From: an uncultured Methanomicrobiaceae archaeon | GTDB lineage: Archaea; Halobacteriota; Methanomicrobia; Methanomicrobiales; Methanoculleaceae | Assembly: GCA_963826525.1 (NCBI GenBank) | Contig: CAWGXH010000004.1 | Location: forward strand, 1,760,001-1,824,000 | Reading direction: 5' to 3' | DNA length: 64,000 nucleotides | Shown here: positions 10,557 through 22,706 of the stretch, piece by piece | Layout of the letters: every line of letters begins with the position of its first letter | Position numbering within the stretch: the stretch's first letter is position 1 | Position numbers and translations under genes: made by a program | The notes under the pieces: generated by a model | The model's input: the letters and a program-made list of their open reading frames with translations, nothing else | What the model was told of the DNA's origin: nothing | The model's database searches: none

Positions 10557-11399
10557 TTATGGGTTTCTTTTATGTGGGAGAACATTCTGGGTGATCCGGT
10601 CGAGGATAATGGCGATAATAACGATGGCAAGGCCCGCTTCAAACCCGCTCCCGATATCGACCCGCTGGATTCCTTTCAGCACCTCGAGCCCGAGACCTGC
10701 CGCACCGATCATCGAGGCGATCACCGTCATCGAGAGTGCGAGCATGATGCACTGGTTGACGCCCGCCATGATCGTCGGCAGGGCGACGGGGAGCTGCACT
10801 TTGAGCAGTTTCTGCCTTGGGGTCGTACCGAATGCGTCCGCAACCTCGATCAGCTCCGTCGGGACCTGGCGAATCCCGAGATTCGTAAGCCGCATCGCGG
10901 GTGGCATCGCGAAGATCACGGTAGCGATGATGCCCGGGACGTTCCCGAGGCCGAAGAAGATCACTGCCGGAATGAGGTAGACGAAGGAGGGCATGGTCTG
11001 CATAAAGTCGAGCCCCACCCGCAGTACGGTGTTTATCCGCTCGTTGGTCGCGGAAAGGATGCCGAGAGGGATGGCGATGGCGAGTGCCAGTAGGGTCGCG
11101 GAGATCACCAGCGCGAACGTGAGTATCGCCAGGTCCCAAAGCTGGAGGTTCCAGATCAGCAGAAGGCCGAGAGCGGTCAGCAGGGTGACCTTCAGATCCC
11201 GGCGGGTCATGAAGTAGACCAGGACAGCGGCGAGGACGACGAAGACGGGCGCCGGAATGAGGAGCAGCATGTCCTGGAACCCGTCGACCAGGTATTTGAG
11301 CCCTCCGCTGACGCCGTCCAGCAGCCAGCCGAAGTACTCCTCTATCCCGTCGACCAGCATCTCCGCACCGGCACCGAGAGGGAGTTTAGGCAGCATCAT
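10557..11399 (-). CDS. Glycine betaine ABC transporter permease (OpuAB/ProW type)
   Basis: [36 protein letters not shown]. Confidence 0.95.
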   Translation of the reverse strand: MMLPKLPLGAGAEMLVDGIEEYFGWLLDGVSGGLKYLVDGFQDMLLLIPAPVFVVLAAVLVYFMTRRDLKVTLLTALGLLLIWNLQLWDLAILTFALVISATLLALAIAIPLGILSATNERINTVLRVGLDFMQTMPSFVYLIPAVIFFGLGNVPGIIATVIFAMPPAMRLTNLGIRQVPTELIEVADAFGTTPRQKLLKVQLPVALPTIMAGVNQCIMLALSMTVIASMIGAAGLGLEVLKGIQRVDIGSGFEAGLAIVIIAIILDRITQNVLPHKRNP

Positions 11400-12675
11400 C
11401 TACATGCACCTCCATCTCCGCCGGGGCGGTGTGCTGCACCGGGGCATCATCCGGTGCGGCAGGCTGCTCTCTCTCCACTTCCTTGCGTGCCAGGGCGGCG
11501 AGCACCGAGCCCCGGATGATGATACCCCGGATCTTTCCGTTCACGTCGACGACGGCAATGGGATACCGGCTGTCGGCGATCACCGGGATGATATCCGCGA
11601 CGGGCGTGTCGCAGGTGACCGTGGGAACGTCGGTGATCAGGATATCTTCCAGTAATTTCCCCGACTTGAGCGCTTCGACGACGTCGTCGATCTGCACGAG
11701 TCCCCGGACCTGCCGCTGCCGGTTGACGACGAAGATGCTGGCAATGTCGTGCTCCTCCATCAGGTGCAGGGCGACTCTCGGGCCGGCGGTGCTCGGTGCC
11801 ACCGGCTCCGGGCGTTTCATGACGTCGTTTGCCGTCAGCACCTTTGCCATATCCACATCGGCGACGAACTTCTCGACGTATGCGTTGCTCGGCCTCGTCA
11901 GGATATCCTCGGAACTGCCGATCTGGACTATCTCGCCGTCTTTCATCAGCGCAATCCGGTCGCCGAGTTTCAAAGCCTCGTCGAGGTCGTGCGTGACGAA
12001 GATGATGGTTTTGTTGAGCCGCTGCTGCAGTTCGATGAGTTCGTCCTGCATTTCCTTCCGGATCAGCGGATCGAGGGCGGAGAATGCTTCGTCCATCAGG
12101 AGAATGTCCGGGTCGCTCGCGAGCGCACGGGCGAGCCCGACACGCTGTTTCATACCGCCTGAGAGATCGCTGGGCATGCTCTCCTCGTAGCCGGAAAGCC
12201 CGACGAGTGCGAGAGCCTCCCGTGCTTTGCGGTGGCGCTCATCCTCCGGCATACCCTGCACTTCAAGTCCGAACGCAACGTTCCCGATGACGCTTCGGTG
12301 TGGAAGCAGGGCGAAGTTCTGGAAGATCATGCCGATCTTCCGCCGCCGCGTCTGCCGCAGCTCGTCGGATGACAGGGCTACGATATTGCTGCCTTCCAGC
12401 GACACTGTGCCGGCAGTCGGTTCGATGAGCCGGTTGAGGCAGCGCAGCAGGGTCGATTTTCCGCATCCCGACAGTCCCATCAGGACGAATATTTCACCGG
12501 GATAGACCGAGAATGAAACATCTTTCAGAGCGACGACATGGTCGGTCTTCTCTTTTATCTCCTGTTTTGATGAGCCTGACCGCAACAGCTGCAGGGCTTT
12601 TTCGGGCTTTGGGCCGAAGATTTTTACCAGGTCATCAACCCGGACTATCGGCATCTCTTCTCTGTACTGCTCCAT
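11386..12675 (-). CDS. Glycine betaine ABC transporter ATPase with CBS domains (OpuAA/ProV type)
   Basis: [29 protein letters not shown]-terminal CBS pair. Confidence 0.95.
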   Translation of the reverse strand: MEQYREEMPIVRVDDLVKIFGPKPEKALQLLRSGSSKQEIKEKTDHVVALKDVSFSVYPGEIFVLMGLSGCGKSTLLRCLNRLIEPTAGTVSLEGSNIVALSSDELRQTRRRKIGMIFQNFALLPHRSVIGNVAFGLEVQGMPEDERHRKAREALALVGLSGYEESMPSDLSGGMKQRVGLARALASDPDILLMDEAFSALDPLIRKEMQDELIELQQRLNKTIIFVTHDLDEALKLGDRIALMKDGEIVQIGSSEDILTRPSNAYVEKFVADVDMAKVLTANDVMKRPEPVAPSTAGPRVALHLMEEHDIASIFVVNRQRQVRGLVQIDDVVEALKSGKLLEDILITDVPTVTCDTPVADIIPVIADSRYPIAVVDVNGKIRGIIIRGSVLAALARKEVEREQPAAPDDAPVQHTAPAEMEVHVDDAA

Positions 12676-13134
12676 GTAATCCTCTCAAAAAATCTGGATA
12701 TTCGAATCTGAGTGTATAGGGCACTGATAGATCTGATTTCTATTCGACTCACTTTATAATCTCCGGTTTCAAAATTTGGACGTTTATACGTGGAATTTTA
12801 AAAATATCGCCATTTTGGAAAGGTATTCGGGTTCGCTATACGGGCTGTCCGTAGATCTTGATATTTAGAGATATTTTGGCATTAGGGGCAATATAATGGA
12901 CAGTATGGCATTTTTGGCTGTGGTCAGATGTCGCCCTGACTATGCGATGTATATTGGCGGTCTCGTGCCCGACCCTTGCGGAGTGAAGGTGCTCCGTTTT
13001 CCGGAAGAGTTATCGGTGGTGTGTTATAAGGGCTGATTCACGATACTATTCATTTATTGGGAGAAAGATCATATTACTATGGACTGTATCGTTCTGCTAC
13101 GGAGATATATCCAGCGCAACATGGGAGTTTGAGA

Positions 13135-14319
13135 ATGGAGAAGGGAAAAGTCGTCCTTGCATTTTCCGGAGGTCTTGATACCTCCATCTGTGTCCCCCTT
13201 CTGCGGGAGCACTATGGCTACGATGAAGTCGTTACCGTGGCGGTCGACGTCGGTCAGCCCGAAGAAGAGATCCGGAGAGCAACAGAGAAGGGAGCGCTGC
13301 TCGCAGACCAGCACTATACGATCGACGTCAAGGAGAGGTTCGTCGAGGAGTACCTCTTCCGCTCGATCAAGGCAAATGGGTCGTACGAAGGCTACCCGAT
13401 GGGAACCGCCCTTGCACGGCCGCTCATTGCCGAAGAGATCGTGAAGGTCGCCGATAAGGAGAGCGCCCGCTGCATCGCGCACGGCTGTACCGGCAAAGGT
13501 AACGACCAGCTTCGGTTCGATTTCATCTTCAGAGCGGCAGGGTATGATATCGTCGCCCCGATGCGGGAGATGAACCTGACCCGCGAGTGGGAGATCCAGT
13601 ATGCGCAGGAGCGCAACATCCCGGTGACGGTGGTCAAGGAGAAACCCTACAGCATCGACGAGAACTGCTGGAGCCGGAGTATCGAAGGGGGCAAGCTCGA
13701 GGATCCTGCCTTCCACCCGCCCGATGATATCTATGCGTGGACGGTCTCCCCGAAGGATGCTCCCGACAGAATGGAAGAGATCACCATCGGGTTTGAGAAA
13801 GGTGTGCCTGTCGCACTCAACGGAGAGAGGCTTGACGGCCTGGCCCTCATCAAGCGCCTGAACCTGATCGCGGGACGGAACGGCGTCGGCAGGAACGACA
13901 TGATAGAGGATCGTATCCTCGGGCTCAAAGCCCGCGAGATCTACGAGCACCCGGCTGCTACCGTCCTCCTCGCCGCGCATCGCGACCTCGAACACCTCGT
14001 GCTGACCCGAAATGAACTGGCGTTCAAGCATATCGTCGACGACAAATGGTCGGAGCTCGGTTACATGGGACTCGTCCACGAGCCACTCTACCATGCCCTG
14101 AACGCGTTCGTCGATACCACGCAGGAGCGCGTCACCGGCTCGGTCGACGTCGGTCTCTATAAGGGAAGCGTCAAGGTGCTCGGCAGAGCGTCGGATCTGG
14201 CGATCTACTCGGGCGATCTTGTATCCTTCGACAGCTGCACTATCGACCAGAACCACGCTGTCGGATTCTCCAATTACTTCGGGCTGCAGGCCCGTCTCTG
14301 CAAGAATATGAAAAAGTAG
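13135..14319 (+). CDS. argG: Argininosuccinate synthase
   Basis: [30 protein letters not shown]. Confidence 0.97.
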   Translation: MEKGKVVLAFSGGLDTSICVPLLREHYGYDEVVTVAVDVGQPEEEIRRATEKGALLADQHYTIDVKERFVEEYLFRSIKANGSYEGYPMGTALARPLIAEEIVKVADKESARCIAHGCTGKGNDQLRFDFIFRAAGYDIVAPMREMNLTREWEIQYAQERNIPVTVVKEKPYSIDENCWSRSIEGGKLEDPAFHPPDDIYAWTVSPKDAPDRMEEITIGFEKGVPVALNGERLDGLALIKRLNLIAGRNGVGRNDMIEDRILGLKAREIYEHPAATVLLAAHRDLEHLVLTRNELAFKHIVDDKWSELGYMGLVHEPLYHALNAFVDTTQERVTGSVDVGLYKGSVKVLGRASDLAIYSGDLVSFDSCTIDQNHAVGFSNYFGLQARLCKNMKK

Positions 14320-14334
14320 ACGGAAGATTGGTGC

Positions 14335-14739
14335 TCACAGCACCTTCTTTCCCGCTTCTTTCCCCGGGGTGCACTCGAAGACCTCGGTGATCGAGATCAC
14401 GATCAGCGATCTTGCCGGGTATGCCTCGCTCTTTGCCTTCATCTGTGCGCGGAACTTCTCGTATGCCTCTCCCGAAGTCTGGATCTCCGCCGAGCCTTTC
14501 ACCTGGAAGCACCGCTTGATATCGGGATCGTAGACGTAGAGCGCCACCGTCGGGTTCTCTTTTAAGTTCTCAAGCGTCTTGTGCATGTAGTTGTCCATGA
14601 TCCAGATCGTGGCATCGTCGACGAGCTGAACCGCGCCCATCGGGGCTACGTTCGGAACGCCGTCTCTGGATGCCGTCGCCATCGGGAACACTTTGTTTTT
14701 CGTAAAAACAGCCTTCATCTCATCGTTTAGTGAAACCAT
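14335..14739 (-). CDS. Pyridoxamine 5'-phosphate oxidase-like FMN-binding protein
   Basis: MATASRDGVPNVAP, KTLENLKENP, FECTPG; only the C-terminal 134 aa of the 657-aa track ORF look real. Confidence 0.85.
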   Translation of the reverse strand: MVSLNDEMKAVFTKNKVFPMATASRDGVPNVAPMGAVQLVDDATIWIMDNYMHKTLENLKENPTVALYVYDPDIKRCFQVKGSAEIQTSGEAYEKFRAQMKAKSEAYPARSLIVISITEVFECTPGKEAGKKVL

Positions 14740-14955
14740 GCCCTCATCTCCTCGTATATGGCCGTAGCGGTCAATGCGGGCTGCTACGGCCAGCCACGTA
14801 GGGGTATCGGACGTCGGTATATATAATTCCGCTGGTACCGGTATCCTGACCTCTGCATGTGCATCGCGGGAAAATCGGCAGACGGGACGGGAGGATTGCC
14901 GCCCTATGCCGCCACTATGGAAAGATATAAAGATACAGACGCGAAAACGACTACT

Positions 14956-16452
14956 ATGTGTGCCCGCTTTTTGGAGCGCTTTTTCAAACCCAAACCTCAT
15001 ATCGTGGAGAGTCCGCCTCCACCCTCGATCTCGCACGGGGCCGGCATGACGATGCCGGAGTATAAGGTGAAACCCTATTTTATCGTGGCCTCCGTCGAGA
15101 TGGGAAATACGACGACGAAGTGCATCCTCACCGGTACGAACCTCGAGACCGGTCGAACGTATATCATCAATAAGACCGTGACCATGAGTCGGGACGTCCG
15201 GGCGCCGAAACCGGGCGAGGCGGTCTTCGGTGCCACGCTCGACGGCACCGAACTGACCCGCGAGTCGGTCACCGAGCTCGTCCGCGACACCCTTATCCGG
15301 TGCCATAAAGAAGCGAACCTCTCTATTCAGGACGATCTCGACTTCGTTGTCAGGAGTACGGGCGTGGTGGCGGCGATGGACTCCCCCGAGCAGGTTGGGG
15401 ACTTCGTTATTGCACTCGCCAACGGTTGTCTCGAGGCAGGCGTCCCGCCCCGGAAGATGACGCCTCCGATGTCGATCGAGAATCTTCCGAAGAAATTGCG
15501 GGAGCACAGTTTCGCCGACCGGGTCGTCTTTGTCGGCGCGGTGGCCGGAGTCGTCCCGCCGGTCGGGTGCACCGGCGTCGAGATGGTGGCAAACGAGATG
15601 GAAGGCGAGCTTGCCATGGCGGGAATGAAGGAGGGCGCGAAATGGACGCCGGTCGATTTTCGGAACCCCTGTCTCTCGATAGACTTCGGGACGACGCTTG
15701 ACGGGCGGATAACGAGCGATGTCGCCCCCGACGAGCCGAACCCGTTCGCCAAAACCATCGGCAACTTCTGTGGGCTTGCCGGAGCGATACCCGACTCGAT
15801 CGTGCGGGGAACGGGGCTTGTCCGGGAGAGAACCGGAACCGCCCTCGACCTCCTCGGGGATCGGAGTATCGGTAGCGGACTTTCGAACCGGAAGGGCTTT
15901 CTCGTAAAGGAGTACGTCGACCGCTGCCACGAGCATATCGATATCCGCATCGTTCCTCCCGACCGAACCCGGTTCGGACGGGTTCCGGTCTGCGCAGCCG
16001 CGGCCGCGGAGTCGGGCGTGGCGCTGATCGGCTGTGACTGCGGTGTCAACGGCAGTGAAATGGACATCCTTAAAGAGATCGGGAAAGAGATCTATGATAA
16101 CCACGGTATCGGCCTCCTCACCCAGGTCGTCGATCATGTCTGTGCAGAGATGGCACTGCGTCTCATCGATGTTGCCATCGCACAGGGGATGGTTCCGCCA
16201 AACTCTGCGATAGGGTTCACCGGCAGGGCTGCAATCTCCGGGAGGAAGCCCGAGTACATTCTCGACGGCATTACCGAGAGAGGGATCTATGATATGCCGA
16301 ACGATCACCTCGTCTTTGTCGATGACGGCCTTGCCCGTGGTGCAGCCCTGATGGGACGATGCATGAACTCGATCGGAAAGCCGAAAGATCCGCTCGGCGG
16401 AGTCTGTGGCGGGCCGTGCATTATGGCAAGGCGGATCAAGATTGGAAAGTAA
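14956..16452 (+). CDS. Methanogenesis marker protein 14 (actin-like ATPase fold)
   Basis: VASVEMGNTTTKCILT, NEMEGEL, DFGTTLDGR, DDGLARGAA; TATA-like ATATAAAG upstream. Confidence 0.85.
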   Translation: MCARFLERFFKPKPHIVESPPPPSISHGAGMTMPEYKVKPYFIVASVEMGNTTTKCILTGTNLETGRTYIINKTVTMSRDVRAPKPGEAVFGATLDGTELTRESVTELVRDTLIRCHKEANLSIQDDLDFVVRSTGVVAAMDSPEQVGDFVIALANGCLEAGVPPRKMTPPMSIENLPKKLREHSFADRVVFVGAVAGVVPPVGCTGVEMVANEMEGELAMAGMKEGAKWTPVDFRNPCLSIDFGTTLDGRITSDVAPDEPNPFAKTIGNFCGLAGAIPDSIVRGTGLVRERTGTALDLLGDRSIGSGLSNRKGFLVKEYVDRCHEHIDIRIVPPDRTRFGRVPVCAAAAAESGVALIGCDCGVNGSEMDILKEIGKEIYDNHGIGLLTQVVDHVCAEMALRLIDVAIAQGMVPPNSAIGFTGRAAISGRKPEYILDGITERGIYDMPNDHLVFVDDGLARGAALMGRCMNSIGKPKDPLGGVCGGPCIMARRIKIGK

Positions 16453-16454
16453 CG

Positions 16455-16700
16455 GTGATACAGTTGACAGAAGAAGAACTCTTTGATTTGCTCATCCCGC
16501 CGGGTGTGCCCCGGTCGATTATCTTCGAGATTCCGAATAAGTTCGATGTCGAAGTCGTGAAGCGCCCAAGAAAGATGCAATTTGCCAATATGGACGGCGA
16601 TATGCGTGAACTGCTTGCGTTCCGCGGAAGACGCGAGGTCGTCGAGCAGGTACAGCAGTACCTCTTCAACGAGCTCGCTGAGTTCATAAAAGAAGAATAG
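16455..16700 (+). CDS. Small hypothetical protein co-oriented with marker 14
   Basis: GTG start 2 bp after marker 14 stop; DLLIPPGVP...LAFRG. Confidence 0.65.
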   Translation: MIQLTEEELFDLLIPPGVPRSIIFEIPNKFDVEVVKRPRKMQFANMDGDMRELLAFRGRREVVEQVQQYLFNELAEFIKEE

Positions 16701-16710
16701 TATTCTATTT

Positions 16711-17637
16711 TTATCGATCCTGCCGGGATCCACCGATCAGCCTTGCGAGCAGCGCTTTCTGGGCGTGGAGACGGTTTTCTGCCTGATCCCACACAATGCT
16801 CTGCGGACTTTCGAGAACCTCGTCGGTGATCTCCTCGCCCCGGTGTGCGGGCAGGCAGTGCATGACGAGGGCGTCCGGGGAGGCGTGCCGAACAAGCGCG
16901 GCATCGATGGTGTATCCGGAGAATGCCCGAAGGCGTGCGGCGCGCTGGGATTCGTCGCCCATCGAGACCCAGATGTCCGTATAGAGGATATCCGCATCCT
17001 GCGCCGCAACTTTCGGGTCGCTGCCGATGCTGACGTGCCCTCCGGCATCCCGCGCCATTTCGACGATCTCGTTCTTCGGCTGGTAACCGGGTGGGCTTGC
17101 CACCGCAATCTCCATTCCGGTGAGCGCGGAGGCGAGGATAAACGAGTTGCAGACGTTGTTTCCGTCGCCGACCCAGGCGAGGCGGAGTCCTTCGAGCGAG
17201 GTGAAGCGTTCTCTCATCGTCAGGATATCGGCGAGCACCTGGCAGGGGTGCAGCCTGTCGGAGAGTCCGTTGATTACCGGAACCGTTGAATAACGGGCGA
17301 ATTCTTCAATGGTTTCATGATGGTACGCCCGGATCATAACCGCGTCGACGTAGCGTGCAAGCACCCGGGCGGTGTCGCGGATCTCCTCGCCCCGACCGAG
17401 TTGCATGTCGTGAGGGTTCAGGAAGAGCGCGTGCCCGCCGAGATCGGTCATCCCGACCTCGAAGGAGACCCGTGTCCGGGTCGAGGCCTTCTCGAAGATC
17501 ATGGCGAGGCTTCTCCCGGCCAGGACCTCATGTGGAATGCCCTCCTGTTTCAGCACCTTCAGCCGGCGCGCCTCGGTGATGAGAGACTCGAGTTCTTCGC
17601 TGCTCAGATCGATGATCGAGACGAAATCTTTCTTCAT
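16711..17637 (-). CDS. argF: Ornithine carbamoyltransferase
   Basis: [32 protein letters not shown]. Confidence 0.97.
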   Translation of the reverse strand: MKKDFVSIIDLSSEELESLITEARRLKVLKQEGIPHEVLAGRSLAMIFEKASTRTRVSFEVGMTDLGGHALFLNPHDMQLGRGEEIRDTARVLARYVDAVMIRAYHHETIEEFARYSTVPVINGLSDRLHPCQVLADILTMRERFTSLEGLRLAWVGDGNNVCNSFILASALTGMEIAVASPPGYQPKNEIVEMARDAGGHVSIGSDPKVAAQDADILYTDIWVSMGDESQRAARLRAFSGYTIDAALVRHASPDALVMHCLPAHRGEEITDEVLESPQSIVWDQAENRLHAQKALLARLIGGSRQDR

Positions 17638-18927
17638 AGAATCTCCTGCATATGCCTGCACCGCTGGTCGAGGAGCTCCCGGGTCCCGATATCCCGGCGG
17701 TGGAAGACCGGGCCTGTAACCGAGGCGGTTGCATCCTCTGCGATTGCCTCCGCCTCTTCGAGCGTATCGCCGATACCGACGAAGGCAAGTGTGCGTGAGG
17801 TCAGGGTATGGAGCGTGCCGCTTCGCTCCTCCACGTTTGCGTAGTACGTCAGCGCCTTCCCGGCGTCGCCCATGGAAAGAGGGCGGCCAAAGACCGGATG
17901 GTCGGGATATCCCTCGGGAACGAGGTACTTGCAGACCGTTGCCTTTTTGGCAAATCTGACGTTCGATGCAGAGAGGTTTCCTTCGACGAGGCGGCAGACC
18001 ATCTCGGAGAAGTCGGATTCAAGGAGAGAGAGGACGTTCATCGCCTCGGGGTCCCCGAACCGTGCGTTAAACTCGATGACCTTCGGCCCCTCCCGGGTGT
18101 TCATGAACTGACCATACAGGATGCCCCGGTACGGCGTGCCGCGACCCCGCATTGCTGCGACAACGTCTTTCATGATACGAAGAGCTTTTTCGTAGTCGGT
18201 AGCGCCGACGAAGGGGAGCCTGTGGTCAGGGAGGGAGTACCGATCCCATTCCCCCGGTATTCGGGCCCATGTCGCCTTCGTATGCACGTTTGTGATCCTG
18301 GACGAGCGGCATCGGCACGAGATGGGTGCCGTCGACGAATGCCTGCAGGGTGAACTCCTCGCCGATCAGCCGCTCTTCAACGATGAGGTCGCCGCCGAGG
18401 CTCTCCGCATACTCGACGGCTCCTCTGGTATCGACATGCTCGCCCATGATGCGGACTCCTTTTCCTCCGGTGAGCCCGATCGGCTTAATGGCAAGGTCGC
18501 CGTCGTATGCCTCGATGAATTCGCGTGCCGCTGCACTATCGTGGAAGACGCGGTACTTCGGGCATCCGGCAATACCATCCCGTTCCATCATCTCCCGGCA
18601 GAAGGATTTATCCGTCTCCAGGCGTGCCGCAATGCGGTTTGGACCCATGCAGGGGATGCCCGCCCCTTCGAGCATATCGACGATGCCTGCTTCGAGAGGT
18701 GCTTCAGGACCGATGACTGCGCTCTCCACACCGCATTCGGTGGCAAACTGCGTTATCTTTGAAACGTCGGTCTCTCTTCCGATCAGCACGCTTTCGGAGA
18801 GTCGGGCTATCCCGGGATTCCTCCTGGCCATCACAGAAAAAATTCTCACGTCGCTGTTGCAGGAAAGCGCTCTGGTGATCGCATGTTCCCTGCCACCACC
18901 ACCTACAACAAGTATTCTCATATCCAT
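17634..18927 (-). CDS. purD: Phosphoribosylamine--glycine ligase (frameshift near 18240)
   Basis: [33 protein letters not shown] continuing in another frame with [10 protein letters not shown]. Confidence 0.93.
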
Positions 18928-18954
18928 CTATATGAACCGCATGTCGTTTAATGG

Positions 18955-19467
18955 TTATTCGTTCAGAACCTCGCTGACACGCACAAGAGCCTCGAAACGG
19001 ACTCCCTGGCGGCTCAGCGCTTCGGCAGCGCCGGCCTCGCGATCGACGACGGTCACCACGACATGTACCTGTGCACCGGCGGAGCGGAGCATCTCCACAC
19101 CGTACAGGGCACTTCCTCCCGATGTCGTTACGTCTTCGACGAGGAGCACCTTTTTATCTTTTACCTCCCCTATTATGGCGCCCGATTTGCCGTGCTCCTT
19201 CTCGGTCTTGCGTATGATGGCAAAGGGCTTTCTGCTTGCGAGCGAGACCGCCACCGCTATCGGCACCGCTCCTACTGCGACCCCGGCCACGACGTCGAAG
19301 TTCCGGGTCTTTGCAATCTCTTCTCCGATTGCACCGAGTATCTCCGGATTGGTCGTGGCGGTCTTGATATCGATGTAGTATCTGCTCCGCGCTCCCGAGG
19401 CGAGGAGAAAGTCTCCGAACTCTATTGCTCCGCTTTCGATCAGCATCTCCTGAATTGTGGTTACCAT
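18955..19467 (-). CDS. pyrE: Orotate phosphoribosyltransferase
   Basis: FLLASG.SRYYIDIK, RKTEKEHG, VEDVTTSGGS. Confidence 0.96.
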   Translation of the reverse strand: MVTTIQEMLIESGAIEFGDFLLASGARSRYYIDIKTATTNPEILGAIGEEIAKTRNFDVVAGVAVGAVPIAVAVSLASRKPFAIIRKTEKEHGKSGAIIGEVKDKKVLLVEDVTTSGGSALYGVEMLRSAGAQVHVVVTVVDREAGAAEALSRQGVRFEALVRVSEVLNE

Positions 19468-20009
19468 GGTACGTCCTTCACTCCTGTAAGGTATCCTATA
19501 ATGTTTGCCAGCCGGTGGAGCAGGGGTGTCAGAATGAGAATCCAGATCGCGATTGCCGGTGTTATGGTTTCAAAAAACCACGAGGGATTCCCTATGAGGA
19601 CGAGAATAAATGCCCCGACCACCAGGTCGTACTGGTCGGCGACCGGCCACTTCTCTCCCCGGTCTTTGCCAAGGCGCCGCTTGATGAAACTCTTGGCAAG
19701 ATCGCCGAGGAGTGCTCCCGCGGCAAGCAGCACGACCGTGAGAACCGTCAACTCCGGGAGGAACGTCCAGCCCGCGAGACTGCGAAGCAGGATCTCCGCG
19801 ACTCCCGCCAGCACCCCGGCGGTCACCCCTCCGATGAAACCGCGGTACGTCTTTCCGTCGCCAAAAACCCTCCTGCCGTCGGAAAACTTCATTCCTAGGT
19901 CTATCGGTCTCCCGCCCCCGAAGAGGGCGGCGGCAGAGTTTGGCACGTATGCCGGAATCATTATCCATATCGCTGACAATAGTGAGAGCGCAATGTAAGC
20001 GATATCCAT
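19461..20009 (-). CDS. carS: CDP-archaeol synthase
   Basis: PAYVPN, PIDLG..FSDGRRVFGDGKT, GDLAKSFIKRRLG, DQYD, C-terminal KDVPW. Confidence 0.93.
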   Translation of the reverse strand: MDIAYIALSLLSAIWIMIPAYVPNSAAALFGGGRPIDLGMKFSDGRRVFGDGKTYRGFIGGVTAGVLAGVAEILLRSLAGWTFLPELTVLTVVLLAAGALLGDLAKSFIKRRLGKDRGEKWPVADQYDLVVGAFILVLIGNPSWFFETITPAIAIWILILTPLLHRLANIIGYLTGVKDVPW

Positions 20010-20103
20010 ACTTCTAGTCGCCAATAGTCTAGTATAAAGAGTAAATATAAAGATTAAGGTATCGAAATATGAGATCAGAATGGACGACGGCACAGGTGAT
20101 TCG

Positions 20104-21572
20104 ATGATTATCAAGAAGACAAAGAGCCTCTGCCCCACATGCCGTATGGTACTGGACGCGGATGTCGTGGAAGAGGACGGGAAGGTCTGGTTGGTGCGGA
20201 CGTGCCCGGAACATGGGACGTATCGCGGTCTGTACTGGTCCGACCCGGAGATGTTCAGGCGGTTCGAAGAGTACGAGGTGGTTGGAAACGGCGTTTCGAA
20301 TCCGCAGAGATCTGCGTCCGAGGACGAATGCCCCACGGCCTGCGGTCTATGCAATAATCACTCGTCAACGACCCTGCTTGCGAACATCGACCTGACCAAT
20401 CGCTGCAACTTAAACTGTGACTTCTGCTTTGCCAACGCCCGTGCGTGCGGCTTTATATACGAACCGACCTTCGAACAGATTGTGGACATGATGTGCCTCC
20501 TGCGCGGAGAGAAGCCTGTGCCGGCTCCCGCAGTCCAGTTCTCGGGTGGCGAGCCGACCATGCGTGACGATCTGCCGGAGATCATCAGGAAGGCCAAGGA
20601 ACTTGGGTTCCAGCAGGTGCAGATCGCGACGAACGGGATCAACCTCGCGAAGGACGTACACTACATCCAGGAACTGAAGGATGCCGGACTCAGCACAGTA
20701 TACCTCCACTTCGACGGCGTCTCCAGAGAGACAAATCCTATCCTCCCGACCAGTGAAAAAGCGCTCCGTAACTGCGCAGAAGTCGGCATGGGTGTCGTGC
20801 TGGTGCCGACGGTCATCCGTGGCCGCAACGATCACGAGCTGGAGCTATCATCCGGTATGCGGCGGAACGGATCCACGTCGTCCGCGGCGTAAACTTCCAG
20901 CCGGTGGCATTCACCGGAGCCGCCAGCGACGACGACGTCGCCAAAGAGCGGATCACCATCCCGGACCTTGCCGAGTGTATCGATGCTCAGACCGACGGCA
21001 TCATAAAAAAAGACTTCTTCTACCCGGTGCCCTGCGTCGTCCCGGTATCCGAGCTCGTGGAAGCGTATACCGGCAAACCCCAGCTCGTATTCACGGCACA
21101 TCAGCACTGCGGAGCCGCGACCTACGTCTTTATCACCGACGAAGGCATGGTTCCGGTAAACAGAATGCTCGATGTCGATACTTTCTTCGATTCGATCAAG
21201 AAGATGGAGACGAAACTTCGGAAAGGCGGATCGATCAACAAGTACGTGACCCTTGTCGAGGGGGTGCGGGATCTGCATACCTCTGTGAAGAAGGCCGAGG
21301 ACGGCAACACCACGGATTTCTGGAAACTGATCGCAAAAGCGCTGGTTCTGCATAACTTCGAAGCGCTGCGGGAGTTCCACTGGAATGCTCTCTTCATCGG
21401 GACGATGCATTTCATGGACAACTTCAACTACGATCTTCAGCGTGTCCGGCGCTGCTGCATCCATTATGCGACACCGGACGGGCGCGTTATTCCATTCTGC
21501 AGTTACAATAGCGGCCCCGTCTACCGGGAGCAGGTCTGGAAGGCCTTCGCACAGCCTCCCGATGAAAACTAG
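20104..21572 (+). CDS. tes: Tetraether lipid synthase (GDGT-MAS/Tes, radical SAM; frameshift near 20840)
   Basis: N-terminal SLCPTC...CPEHG, CPTACGLC..H, radical SAM RCNLNCDFC, C-terminal RCCIHYATPDGRVIPFC. Confidence 0.88.
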
Positions 21573-21770
21573 GCTTCCCTCCCTTTTATGGCGAGTTCAT
21601 CTCGAAAACCGCCGATAAGGCCATACCGGCCATAGGCTCGACCGATGAAAATCGATTGTCATGGTAATTTTCCGGCAGAGGTCGGATCTGCCCCCTCCTC
21701 CTGTCGATGCGATACCCCGAGAGAGACCGACACTTCCCTGCTCTTTGTGAGATCTGCTCACCGTGTGCAG

Positions 21771-22706
21771 TTACGGAAATGGCAGCGTTATACTTTCCAG
21801 CTTTTGCATGGCGATACCGGCGATGGCAAGGTCCTGAATGGCAAGACCCGTCGAATCGAAGATGGTGATCTCTTCAGGCGTTCTCCGGCGCTTCTTTCCG
21901 AGAACCACCTCCCCGAGGGTGCCGGCAATCTCGCCCGGCGTGTAGAGTCCCCGGCTGATAGGTACGTTGATCTCGCCGGAGTGGACGGCCTGTTCCCGGT
22001 CGTCTACGTATACCTCCGCCCGCCGGAGGAGAGCAGGGTCGAGCTCCTGTTTGCCGGGAGCGTCCGCACCGATGGCGTTAATGTGGGTTCCGTCTGCAAT
22101 CCATTCCGATCGCACGATCGGCACGGTGGACGGGGTTGTGGTCACGAGTACGTCACAGTCGCACGCCTCCTGTAGTGAGGCGCTGCGGGCGTTGTACCGG
22201 GCATACCGCCCGGCAAACACCTCGGCGTGCCCTCTGTTCCGTGCCCAGACCTTCACCTCCTCGATGGTGAGCTCCGCAGCGATCGCTTCGAGCTGTGCCT
22301 CTGCCTGTCTGCCGCTCCCGACGAGCCCGAGCGTCACTGCTCTCTTCGGCGAGAGGTACTTTGCCGCCACAGCTCCTGCCGCCCCGGTACGCATGGCGGT
22401 GAGCTCGGTTGCATTGATGATGGCCTCGGGAAGGCCGGTCTCCGGGTCGAGGATGATGGTGAGCGCCATCACGGTCGGAAGGCCGCGAGAGCGGTTTTGC
22501 GGATGCACGGTGACGATCTTCACGCCTGCAATGCCGAGCGCCGGCAGGTAGGCGGGCATGGTCCGAAGGTCACCCGCATCGAAGGTGACGTAGATCTTCG
22601 GCGGCATTCGGATATTTCCCCTGCCGGCCTCGGCAAACACCGTTTCGACGGCCCGGTTCACGTCGGCGTACCGGATCTGCTCTCCGCCGCCTGAATAGTA
22701 TCGCAT
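21771..22706 (-). CDS. ala: Archaeal alanine dehydrogenase (ornithine cyclodeaminase/mu-crystallin family)
   Basis: MPPKIY, GDLRTMPAY, KIVTVHP.N, TAMRTGA, AIGADAPGKQE, FDSTGLAIQD. Confidence 0.85.
   Translation of the reverse strand: MRYYSGGGEQIRYADVNRAVETVFAEAGRGNIRMPPKIYVTFDAGDLRTMPAYLPALGIAGVKIVTVHPQNRSRGLPTVMALTIILDPETGLPEAIINATELTAMRTGAAGAVAAKYLSPKRAVTLGLVGSGRQAEAQLEAIAAELTIEEVKVWARNRGHAEVFAGRYARYNARSASLQEACDCDVLVTTTPSTVPIVRSEWIADGTHINAIGADAPGKQELDPALLRRAEVYVDDREQAVHSGEINVPISRGLYTPGEIAGTLGEVVLGKKRRRTPEEITIFDSTGLAIQDLAIAGIAMQKLESITLPFP

Noticed and set aside
12680-13130. AT-rich stretch as foreign DNA
   Set aside because: Explained as the divergent promoter region of the betaine transporter and argG.
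14335-16308. 657-aa minus-strand ORF suggesting a large fusion protein
   Set aside because: Most of it is the antisense shadow of marker 14; only the last 134 aa (own RBS and ATG 14739) form a recognisable protein.
20800-20910. Programmed frameshifting in tes and other split genes
   Set aside because: No shared slippery heptamer or stimulatory structure; breaks occur in unrelated genes and in both directions, consistent with indel errors.
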